From the human T2T-CHM13v2.0 reference genome, Homo sapiens: 64,000 nt of DNA. A model generated the notes under the pieces. It searched no databases. It saw only the letters and a program-made list of their open reading frames with translations, and was not told the origin of the DNA. The translations under genes were made by a program, and so were the position numbers. Positions 12,001 through 24,800 of this stretch are shown here, in pieces (the stretch's first letter is position 1; each line of letters opens with the position of its first letter). The stretch is taken from the NCBI RefSeq assembly GCF_009914755.1, contig NC_060936.1. One strand, written 5' to 3'.

Positions 12001-14472
12001 GTTCACCTCTGTGAGTTGAGTAGAGGCAACACAAAGAACTTACTCAGTTTTCTTCTTTCTAGCGTTCTATGAAGAAATCACGTTTCCAACGAAGGCCCCA
12101 AAGAGGTCCAAATATCTGCTTGCAGACTTTACAGACAGAGTGTTTCCAAACTACTCTATGAAAAGAAAGCTTAAACTTCTTGAGTTGAACGCACACATCA
12201 CAAAGTAGTTTCTGAGAATGATTCTGTCTAGTTTTTATACGAAGATGTTTCCTTTTCTACATTTGGTCTCAAAGCGATTGAAATCTCCAAGTGGAAACTG
12301 CACAAATAGGGTGTTTCAAATCTGCTCTGTCTAAAGGAAGGTTCAACTCTTTGAGTTGAATACACACACCACAAATAGGTTACTGAGAATTCTTCTGTCG
12401 AACATTACTTGAAGAAATCCCGTTTCCAACGAAGGCCTCAAAGAGGTCCAAATATCGACTTGCAGACATTACAAACAGAGTGTTTCCAAACTGCTCCATC
12501 AAAAGAAAGGTTAAACTCTGTGAGCTGAACACACACATCAAAAAGAAGTTTCTGTGAATGATTCTGTCTAGATTTTATAAGAAGATGTTTCCTTTTCTAC
12601 CGTAGGCCTCAAAGTGCTTGAAATCTCCAGCTGCAAATTCCACAAAAAGGGTGTTTAACATCTGCTCTTCTAAAGGAAAGTTCAACTCAATGAGTTGAAT
12701 ACACACAGCCCAAAGAAGTTACTGAGACTTCTCCTATCAAACATTATATGAAGAAATCCCGTTTCCAACGAAGGCCTCAAAGAGGTCCAAATATCTGCTT
12801 GCAGACTTTACAAAGACAGTGTCTCCAAACTCCTCCATCAAAAGAAAGGTTTTACTCTGTGAATTGAACGCACACATCACAAAGTAGTTTCTGAGAATGA
12901 TTCTGTCTAGTTTTTATACGAAGATATTTCCTTTTCTACATTTGGCCTAAAAGCGCTTGAAGTCTCCACCTGCAAATATCACAAAAAGAGGGTTTCACAT
13001 CTGCTCTGTCTAAAGGACAGTTCACCTTTGTGAGTTGAATAGAGGCAACACAAAGAACTTACTCAGTATTCTTCTTTCTAGCGTTCTATGAAGAAATCCC
13101 GTTTCCAACGAAGGCCCCAAAGAGGTCCAAATATCTGCTTGCAGACTTTACAGACAGAGTGTTTCCAAACTACTCTATGAAAAGAAAGCTTAAACTCCTT
13201 GAGTTGAACGCACACATCACAAAGTAGTTTCTGAGAATGATTCTGTCTAGTTTTTATACGAAGATGTTTCCTTTTCTACATTTGGTCTCAAAGCGATTGA
13301 AATCTCCAACTGGAAACTGCAGAAATAGGGTGTTTCAAATCTGCTCTGTCTAAAGGAAGGTTCAACTCTGTGAGTTGAATACACACACCACAAATAAGTT
13401 ACTGAGAATTCTTCTGTCGAACATTACTTGAAGAAATCCCGTTTCCAACGAAGGCCTCAAAGAGGTCCAAATATCCACTTGCAGACATTACAAACAGAGT
13501 GTTTCCAAACTGCTCCATCAAAAGAAAGGTTAAACTCTGTGAGCTGAACACACACATCAAAAAGAAGTTTCTGTGAATGATTCTGTCTAGATTTTATAAG
13601 AAGATATTTCCTTTTCTACCGTAGGCCACAAAGCGCTTGAAATCTCCAGCTGCAAATTCCACAAAAAGGGTGTTTAACATCTGCTCTTCTAAAGGAAAGT
13701 TCAACTCTATGCGTTGAATACACACAGCACAAAGAAGTTACTGAGACTTCTCCTATCAAACATTATATGAAGAAATCCCGTTTCCAACGAAGGCCTCAAA
13801 GAGGTCCAAATATCTGCTTGCAGACTTTAAAGACAGAGTTTTTCCAAACTGCTCCATCAAAAGAAAGGTTAAACTCCTTGAGTTGAACACACACATCACA
13901 AAGTAGTTTCTGTGAATGATTCTGTCTAGTTTTTATACGAAGATGTTTCCTTTTCTACCTTTGGTCTCAAAGCGATTGAAATCTCCACATGGAAACTCCA
14001 CAAAAAGAGTGTTTCAAATCTGCTCTTTCTGAAGGAAGGTTCAACTCTGTGAGTTGAATACACACACCACAAATAAGTTACTGAGAATTCTTCTGTGTAA
14101 CATTATATGAGGAAATCCCGTTTCCAACGAAGGCCTCAAAGAGGTCCAAATATCCACTTGCAGACTTTACAAAGACAGTGTCTCCAAACTCCTCCATCAA
14201 AAGAAAGGTTATACTCTGTGAATTGAACGCACACATCACAAAGTAGTTTCTGAGAATGATTCTGTCTAGTTTTTATACGAAGATATTTCCTTTTCTACAT
14301 TTGGCCTAAAAGCGCTTGAAATCTCCACCTGCAAATATCACAAAAAGAGGGTTTCACATCTGCTCTGTCTAAAGGACAGTTCACCTCTGTGAGTTGAATA
14401 GAGGCAACACAAAGAACTTACTCAGTATTCTTCTTTCTAGCGTTCTATGAAGAAATCCCGTTTCCAACGAAG

Positions 14473-15151
14473 GCCCCAAAGAGGTCCAAATATCTGCTTG
14501 CAGACTTTACAGACAGAGTGTTTCCAAACTACTCTATGAAAAGAAAGCTTAAACTCCTTGAGTTGAACGCACACATCACAAAGTAGTTTCTGAGAATGAT
14601 TCTGTCTAGTTTTTATACGAAGATGTTTCCTTTTCTACATTTGGTCTCAAAGCGATTGAAATCTCCACCTGGAAACTGCACAAATAGGGTGTATCAAATC
14701 TGCTCTGTCTAAAGAAGGTTCAACTCTGTGAGTTGAATACACACACCACAAATAAGTTACTGAGAATTCTTCTGTCGAACATTACTTGAAGAAATCCCGT
14801 TTCCAACGAAGGCCTCAAAGAGGTCCAAATATCTGCTTGCAGACTTTACAGACAGAGTGTTTCCAAACTACTCTATGAAAAGAAAGCTTAAACTCCTTGA
14901 GTTGAACGCACACATCACAAAGTAGTTTCTGAGAATGATTCTGTCTAGTTTTTATACGAAGATGTTTCCTTTTCTACATTTGGTCTCAAAGCGATTGAAA
15001 TCTCCAACTGGAAACTGCACAAATAGGGTGTTTCAAATCTGCTCTGTCTAAAGGAAGGTTCAACTCTGTGAGTTGAATACACACACCACAAATAAGTTAC
15101 TGAGAATTCTTCTGTCGAAAATTACTTGAAGAAATCCCGTTTCCAACTAAG
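14473..15151 (-). repeat. Tandem A-A dimers
   Basis: Two consecutive dimers each carry tactctatga, aagctt and the ctgtcgaa tail; boxes at 14795 and 15135. Confidence 0.92.
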
Positions 15152-15830
15152 GCCTCAAAGAGGTCCAAATATCCTCTTGCAGACATTACAAACAGAGTGT
15201 TTCCAAACTGCTCCATCAAAAGAAAGGTTAAACTCTGTGAGCTGAACACACACATCAAAAAGAAGTTTCTGTGAATGATTCTGTCTAGATTTTATAAGAA
15301 GATGTTTCCTTTTCTACCGTAGGCCTCAAAGCGCTTGAAATCTCCAGCTGCAAATTCCACAAAAAGGGTGTTTAACATCTGCTCTTCTAAAGGAAAGTTC
15401 AACTCAATGAGTTGAATACACACAGCACAAAGAAGTTACTGAGACTTCTCCTATCAAACATCATATGAAGAAATCCCGTTTCCAACGAAGGCCTCAAAGA
15501 GGTCCAAATATCTGCTTGCAGACTTTACAAAGACAGTGTCTCCAAACTCCTCCATCAAAAGAAAGGTTATACTCTGTGAATTGAACGCACACATCACAAA
15601 GTAGTTTCTGAGAATGATTCTGTCTAGTTTTTATACGAAGATATTTTTTTTTCTACATTTGGCCTAAAAGCGCTTGAAATCTCCACCTGCAAATATCACA
15701 AAAAGAGGGTTTCACATCTGCTCTTTCTAAAGGACAGTTCACCTCTGTGAGTTGAATAGAGGCAACACAAAGAACTTACTCAGTATTCTTCTTTCTAGCG
15801 TTCTATGAAGAAATCCCGTTTCCAACGAAG

Positions 15831-18800
15831 GCCCCAAAGAGGTCCAAATATCTGCTTGCAGACTTTACAGACAGAGTGTTTCCAAACTACTCTATGAAAA
15901 GAAAGCTTAAACTCCTTCAGTTGAACGCACACATCACAAAGTAGTTTCTGAGAATGATGCTGTCTAGTTTTTATACGAAGATGTTTCCTTTTCTACATTT
16001 GGTCTCAAAGCGATTGAAATCTCCAACTGGAAACTGCACAAATAGGGTGTTTCAAATCTGCTCTGTCTAAAGGAAGGTTCAACTCTGTGAGTTGAATACA
16101 CACACCACAAATAAGTTACTGAGAATTCTTCTGTCGAAAATTACTTGAAGAAATCCCGTTTCCAACGAAGGCCTCAAAGAGGTCCAAATATCCACTTGCA
16201 GACATTACAAACAGAGTGTTTCCAAACTGCTCCATCAAAAGAAAGGTTAAACTCTGTGAGCTGAACACACACATCAAAAAGAAGTTTCTGTGAATGATTC
16301 TGTCTAGATTTTATAAGAAGATGTTTCCTTTTCTACCGTAGGCCACAAAGCGCTTGAAATCTCCAGCTGCAAATTCCACAAAAAGGGTGTTTTACATCTG
16401 CTCTTCTAAAGGAAAGTTCAACTCTATGCGTTGAATACACACAGCACAAAGAAGTTACTGAGACTTCTCCTATCAAACATTATATGAAGAAATCCCGTTT
16501 CCAACGAAGGCCTCAAAGAGGTCCAAATATCTGCTTGCAGACTTTACAGACAGAGTTTTTCCAAACTGCTCCATCAAAAGAAAGGTTAAACTCCTTGAGT
16601 TGAACACACACATCACAAAGTAGTTTCTGTGAATGATTCTGTCTAGTTTTTATACGAAGATGTTTCCTTTTCTACCTTTGGTCTCAAAGCGATTGAAATC
16701 TCCACATGGAAACTCCACAAAAAGAGTGTTTCAAATCTGCTCTTTCTGAAGGAAGGTTCAACTCTGTGAGTTGAATACACACACCACAAATAAGTTACTG
16801 AGAATTCTTCTGTGTAACATTATATGAGGAAATCCCGTTTCCAACGAAGGCCTCAAAGAGGTCCAAATATCCACTTGCAGACTTTACAAAGACAGTGTCT
16901 CCAAACTCCTCCATCAAAAGAAAGGTTATACTCTGTGAATTGAACGCACACATCACAAAGTAGTTTCTGAGTATGATTCTGTCTTGTTTTTATACGAAGA
17001 TATTTCCTTTTCTACATTTGGCCTAAAAGCGCTTGAAATCTCCACCTGCAAATATCACAAAAAGAGGGTTTCACATCTGCTCTGTCTAAAGGACAGTTCA
17101 CCTCTGTGAGTTGAATAGAGGCAACACAAAGAACTTACTCAGTATTCTTCTTTCTAGCGTTCTATGAAGAAATCCCGTTTCCAACGAAGACCCCAATGAG
17201 GTCCAAATATCTGCTTGCAGACTTTACAGACAGAGTGTTTCCAAACTACTCTATGAAAAGAAAGCTTAAACTCCTTGAGTTGAACGCACACATCACAAAG
17301 TAGTTTCTGAGAATAAAGCTGTCTAGTTTTTGTACGAAGATGTTTCCTTTTGTACATTTGGTCTCAAAGCGATTGAAATCTCCAACTGGAAACTGCACAA
17401 ATAGGGTGTTTCAAATCTGCTCTGTCTAAAGGAAGGTTCAACTCTGTGAGTTGAATACACACACCACAAATAAGTTACTGAGAATTCTTCTGTCGAACAT
17501 TACAGGAAGAAATCCCGTTTCCAACGAAGGCCTCAAAGAGGTCCAAATATCCACTTGCAGACATTACAAACAGAGTGTTTCCAAACTGCTCCATCAAAAG
17601 AAAGGTTAAACTCTGTGAGCTGAACACACACATCAAAAAGAAGTTTCTGTGAATGATTCTGTCTAGATTTTATAAGAAGATGTTTCCTTTTCTACCGTAG
17701 GCCTCAAAGCGCTTGAAATCTCCAGCTGCAAATTCCACAAAAAGGGTGTTTAACATCTGCTCTTCTAAAGGAAAGTTCAACTCTATGAGTTGAATACACA
17801 CAGCACAAAGAAGTTACTGAGACTTCTCCTATCAAACATTATATGAAGAAATCCCGTTTCCAACGAAGGCCTCAAAGAGGTCCAAATATCTGCTTGCAGA
17901 CTTTACAGACAGAGTGTTTCCAAACTGCTCCATCAAAAGAAAGGTTAAACTCCTTGAGTTGAACACACACATCACAAAGTAGTTTCTGTGAATGATTCTG
18001 TCTAGTTTTTATACGAAGATGTTTCCTTTTCTACCTTTGGTCTCAAAGCGATTGAAATCTCCACATGGAAACTCCACAAAAAGAGTGTTTCAAATCTGCT
18101 CTTTCTGAAGGAAGGTTCAACTCTGTGAGTTGAATACACACACCACAAATAAGTTACTGAGAATTCTTCTGTGTAACATTATATGAGGAAATCCCGTTTC
18201 CAACGAAGGCCTCAAAGAGGTCCAAATATCCACTTGCAGACTTTACAAAGACAGTGTCTCCAAACTCCTCCATCAAAAGAAAGGTTATACTCTGTGAATT
18301 GAACGCACACATCACAAAGTAGTTTCTGAGAATGATTCTGTCTAGTTTTTATACGAAGATATTTCCTTTTCTACATTTGGCCTAAAAGCGCTTGAAATCT
18401 CCACGTGCAAATATCACAAAAAGAGGGTTTCACATCTGCTCTGTCTAAAGGACAGTTCACCTCTGTGAGTTGAATAGAGGCAACACAAAGAACTTACTCA
18501 GTATTCTTCTTTCTAGCGTTCTATGAAGAAATCCCGTTTCCAACGAAGGCATCAAAGAGGTCCAAATATCTGCTTGCAGACTTTACAGACAGAGTGTTTC
18601 CAAACTACTCTATGAAAAGAAAGCTTAAACTCCTTGAGTTGAACGCACACAACACAAAGTAGTTTCTGAGAATGATTCTGTCTAGTTTTTATACGAAGAT
18701 GTTTCCTTTTCTACATTTGGTCTCAAAGCGATTGAAATCTCCAACTGGAAACTGCACAAATAGGGTGTTTCAAATCTGCTCTTTCTAAAGGAAGGTTCAA

Positions 18801-21800
18801 CTCTGTGAGTTGAATACACACACCACAAATAAGTTACTGAGAATTCTTCTGTCGAACATTACATGAAGAAATCCCGTTTCCAACGAAGGCCTCAAAGAGG
18901 TCCAAATATCCACTTGCAGACATTACAAACAGTGTGTTTCCAAACTGCTCCATCAAAAGAAAGGTTAAACTCTGTGAGCTGAACACACATCAAAAAGAAG
19001 TTTCTGTGAATGATTCTGTCTAGATTTTATAAGAAGATGTTTCCTTTTCTACCGTAGGCCACAAAGCGCTTGAAATCTCCAGCTGCAAATTCCACAAAAA
19101 GGGTGTTTAACATCTGCTCTTCTAAAGGAAAGTTCAACTCTATGAGTTAAATAAACACAGCAGAAAGAAGTTACTGAGACTTCTCCTATCAAACATTATA
19201 TTAAGAAATCCCGTTTCCAACGAAGGCCTCAAAGAGGTCCAAATATCTGCTTGCAGACTTTACAGACAGAGTTTTTCCAAACTGCTCCATCAAAAGAAAG
19301 GTTAAACTCCTTGAGTTGAACACACACATCACAAAGTAGTTTCTGTGAATGATTCTGTCTTGTTTTTATACGAAGATGTTTCCTTTTCTACCTTTGGTCT
19401 CAATGCGATTGAAATCTCCACATGGAAACTCCACAAAAAGAGTGTTTCAAATCTGCTCTTTCTGAAGGAAGGTTCAACTCTGTGAGTTGAATACACACAC
19501 CACAAATAAGTTACTGAGAATTCTTCTGTGTAACATTATATGAGGAAATCCCGTTTCCAACGAAGGCCTCAAAGAGGTCCAAATATCCACTTGCAGACTT
19601 TACAAAGACAGTGTCTCCAAACTCCTCCATCAAAGAAAGGTTATACTCTGTGAATTGAACGCACACATCACAAAGTAGTTTCTGAGAATGATTCTGTCTA
19701 GTTTTTATACGAAGATATTTCCTTTTCTACATTTGGCCTAAAAGCGCTTGAAATCTCCAAGTGCAAATATCACAAAAAGAGGGTTTCACATCTGCTCTGT
19801 CTAAAGGACAGTTCACCTCTGTGAGTTGAATAGAGGCAACACAAAGAACTTACTCAGTATTCTTCTTTCTAGCGTTCTATGAAGAAATCCCGTTTCCAAC
19901 GAAGGCCCCAAAGAGGTCCAAATATCTGCTTGCAGACTTTACAGACAGAGTGTTTCCAAACTACTCTATGAAAAGAAAGCTTAAACTCCTTGAGTTGAAC
20001 GCACACATCACAAAGTAGTTTCTGAGAATGATTCTGTCTAGTTTTTATACGAAGATGTTTCCTTTTCTACATTTGGTCTCAAAGCGATTGAAATCTCCAA
20101 CTGGAAACTGCACAAATAGGGTGTTTCAAATCTGCTCTGTCTAAAGGAAGGTTCCACTCTGTGAGTTGAATACACACACCACAAATAAGTTACTGAGTAT
20201 TCTTCTGTCGAACATTACTTGAAGAAATCCCGTTTCCAACGAAGGCCTCAAAGAGGTCCAAATATCCACTTGCAGACATTACAAACCGAGTGTTTCCAAA
20301 CTGCTCCATCAACAGAAAGGTTAAACTCTGTGAGCTGAACACACACATCAAAAAGAAGTTTCTGTGAATGATTCTGTCTAGATTTTATAAAAAGATGTTT
20401 CCTTTTCTACCGTAGGCCACAAAGCGCTGGAAATCTCCAGCTGCAAATTCCACAAAAAGGGTGTTTAACATCTGCTCTTCTAAAGGAAAGTTCAACTCTA
20501 TGCGTTGAATACACACAGCACAAAGAAGTTACTGAGACTTCTCCTATCAAACATTATATGAAGAAATCCCGTTTCCAACGAAGGCCTCAAAGAGGTCCAA
20601 ATATCTGCTTGCAGACTTTACAGACAGAGTTTTTCCAAACTGCTCCATCAAAAGAAAGGTTAAACTCCTTGAGTTGAACACACACATCACAAAGTAGTTT
20701 CTGTGAATGATTCTGTCTAGTTTTTATACGAAGATGTTTCCTTTTCTACCTTTGGTCTCAAAGCGATTGAAATCTCCACATGGAAACTCCACAAAAAGAG
20801 TGTTTCAAATCTGCTCTTTCTGAAGGAAGGTTCAACTCTGTGAGTTGAATACACACACCACAAATAAGTTACTGAGAATTCTTCTGTGTAACATTATATG
20901 AGGAAATCCCGTTTCCAACGAAGGCCTCAAAGAGGTCCAAATATCCACTTGCAGACTTTACAAAGACAGTGTCTCCAAACTCCTCCATCAAAAGAAAGGT
21001 TATACTCTGTGTATTGAACGCACACATCACAAAGTAGTTTCTGAGAACGATTCTGTCTAGTTTTCATACGAAGATATTTCCTTTTCTACATTTGGCCTAA
21101 AAGCGCTTGAAATCTCCACCTGCAAATATCACAAAAAGAGGGTTTCACATCTGCTCTGTCTAAAGGACAGTTCACCTCTGTGAGTTGAATAGAGGCAACA
21201 CAAAGAACTTACTCAGTATTCTTCTTTCTAGCGTTCTATGAAGAAATCCCGTTTCCAACGAAGGCCTCAAAGAGGTCCAAATATCTGCTTGCACACTTTA
21301 CAGACAGAGTGTTTCCAAACTACTCTATGAAAAGAAAGCTTAAACTCCTTGAGTTGAACGCACACATCACAAAGTAGTTTCTGAGAATGATTCTGTCTAG
21401 TTTTTATACGAAGATGTTTCCTTTTCTACATTTGGTCTCAAAGCGATTGAAATCTCCAACTGGAAACTGCACAAATAGGGTGTTTCAAATCTGCTCTGTC
21501 TAAAGGAAGGTTCAACTCTGTGAGTTGAATACACACACCACAAATAAGTTACTGAGAATTCTTCTGTCGAACATTACTTGAAGAAATACCGTTTCCAAAG
21601 AAGGCCTCAAAGAGGTCAAAATATCCACTTGCAGACATTACAAACAGAGTGTTTCAAAACTGCTCCATCAAAAGAAAGGTTAAACTCTGTGAGCTGAACA
21701 CACACATGAAAAAGAAGTTTCTGTGAATGATTCTGTCTAGATTTTATAAGAAGATGTTTCCTTTTCTACCGTAGGCCTCAAAGCACTTGAAATCTCCAGC

Positions 21801-24800
21801 TGCAAATTCTACAAAAATGGTGTTTAACATCTGCTCTTCTAAAGGAAAGTTCAACTCTATGCGTTGAATAAACACAGCAGAAAGAAGTTACTGAGACTTC
21901 TCCTATCAAACATTATATGAAGAAATCCCGTTTCCAACGAAGGCCCCAAAGAGGTCCAAATATCTGCTTGCAGACTTTACAGACAGAGTTTTTCCAAACA
22001 GCTCCATCAAAAGAAAGGTTAAACTCCTTGAGTTGAACACACACATCACAAAGTAGTTTCTGTGAATGATTCTGTCTAGTTTTTATACGAAGATGTTTCC
22101 TTTTCTACCTTTGGTCTCAAAGCGATTGAAATCTCCACATGGAAACTCCACAAAAAGAGTGTTTCAAATCTGCTCTTTCTGAAGGAAGGTTCAACTCTGT
22201 GAGTTGAATACACACACCACAAATAAGTTACTGAGAATTCTTCTGTGTAACATTATATGAGGAAATCCCGTTTCCAACGAAGGCCTCAAAGAGGTCCAAA
22301 TATCCACTTGCAGACTTTACAAAGACAGTGTCTCCAAACTCCTCCATCAAAAGAAAGGTTATACTCTGTGAATTGAACGCACACATCACAAAGTAGTTTC
22401 TGAGAACGATTCTGTCTAGTTTTCATACGAAGATATTTCCTTTTCTACATTTGGCCTAAAAGCGCTTGAAATCTCCACCTGCAAATATCACAAAAAGAGG
22501 GTTTCACATCTGCTCTGTCTAAAGGACAGTTCACCTCTGTGAGTTGAATAGAGGCAACACAAAGAACTTACTCAGTATTCTTCTTTCTAGCGTTCTATGA
22601 AGAAATCCCGTTTCCAACGAAGGCCTCAAAGAGGTCCAAATATCTGCTTGCACACTTTACAGACAGAGTGTTTCCAAACTACTCTATGAAAAGAAAGCTT
22701 AAACTCCTTGAGTTGAACGCACACATCACAAAGTAGTTTCTGAGAATGATTCTGTCTAGTTTTTATACGAAGATGTTTCCTTTTCTACATTTGGTCTCAA
22801 AGCGATTGAAATCTCCAACTGGAAACTGCACAAATAGGGTGTTTCAAATCTGCTCTGTCTAAAGGAAGGTTCAACTCTGTGAGTTGAATACACACACCAC
22901 AAATAAGTTACTGAGAATTCTTCTGTCGAACATTACTTGAAGAAATACCGTTTCCAAAGAAGGCCTCAAAGAGGTCAAAATATCCACTTGCAGACATTAC
23001 AAACAGAGTGTTTCAAAACTGCTCCATCAAAAGAAAGGTTAAACTCTGTGAGCTGAACACACACATGAAAAAGAAGTTTCTGTGAATGATTCTGTCTAGA
23101 TTTTATAAGAAGATGTTTCCTTTTCTACCGTAGGCCTCAAAGCGCTTGAAATCTCCAGCTGCAAATTCTACAAAAAGGGTGTTTAACATCTGCTCTTCTA
23201 AAGGAAAGTTCAACTCTATGCGTTGAATAAACACAGCAGAAAGAAGTTACTGAGACTTCTCCTATCAAACATTATATGAAGAAATCCCGTTTCCAACGAA
23301 GGCCCCAAAGAGGTCCAAATATCTGCTTGCAGACTTTACAGACAGAGTTTTTCCAAACAGCTCCATCAAAAGAAAGGTTAAACTCCTTGAGTTGAACACA
23401 CACATCACAAAGTAGTTTCTGTGAATGATTCTGTCTAGTTTTTATACGAAGATGTTTCCTTTTCTACCTTTGGTCTCAAAGCGATTGAAATCTCCACATG
23501 GAAACTCCACAAAAAGAGTGTTTCAAATCTGCTCTTTCTGAAGGAAGGTTCAACTCTGTGAGTTGAATACACACACCACAAATAAGTTACTGAGAATTCT
23601 TCTGTGTAACATTATATGAGGAAATCCCGTTTCCAACGAAGGCCTCAAAGAGGTCCAAATATCCACTTGCAGACTTTACAAAGACAGTGTCTCCAAACTC
23701 CTCCATCAAAAGAAAGGTTATACTCTGTGAATTGAACGCACACATCACAAAGTAGTTTCTGAGAATGATTCTGTCTAGTTTTTATACGAAGATATTTCCT
23801 TTTCTACATTTGGCCTAAAAGCGCTTGAAATCTCCACCTGCAAATATCACAAAAAGAGGGTTTCACATCTGCTCTGTCTAAAGGACAGTTCACCTCTGTG
23901 AGTTGAATAGAGGCAACACAAAGAACTTACTCAGTATTCTTCTTTCTAGCGCTCTATGAAGAAATCCCGTTTCCAACGAAGGCCTCAAAGAGGTCCAAAT
24001 ATCTGCTTGCAGACTTCAGAGACAGAGTGTTTCCAAAGTACTCTATGAAAAGAAAGCTTAAACTCCTTGAGTTGAACGCACACATCACAAAGTAGTTTCT
24101 GAGAATGATTCTGTCTAGTTTTTATACGAAGATGTTTCCTTTTCTACATTTGGTCTCAAAGCGATTGAAATCTCCAACTGGAAACTGCACAAATAGGGTG
24201 TTTCAAATCTGCTCTTTCTAAAGGAAGGTTCAACTCTGTGAGTTGAATACACACACCACAAATAAGTTACTGAGAATTCTTCTGTCGAACATTACATGAA
24301 GAAATCCCGTTTCCAACGAAGGCCTCAAAGAGGTCCAAATATCCACTTGCAGACATTACAAACAGTGTGTTTCCAAACTGCTCCATCAAAAGAAAGGTTA
24401 AACTCTGTGAGCTGAACACACATCAAAAAGAAGTTTCTGTGAATGATTCTGTCTAGATTTTATAAGAAGATGTTTCCTTTTCTACAGTACGCCACAAAGC
24501 GCTTGAAATCTCCAGCTGCAAATTCCACAAAAAGGGTGTTTAACATCTGCTCTTCTAAAGGAAAGTTCAACTCTATGCGTTGAATACACACAGCACAAAG
24601 AAGTTACTGAGACTTCTCCTATCAAACATTATATGAAGAAATCCCGTTTCCAACGAAGGCCTCAAAGAGGTCCAAATATCTGCTTGCAGACTTTACAGAC
24701 AGAGTTTTTCCAAACTGCTCCATCAAAAGAAAGGTTAAACTCCTTGAGTTGAACACACACATCACAAAGTAGTTTCTGTGAATGATTCTGTCTAGTTTTT

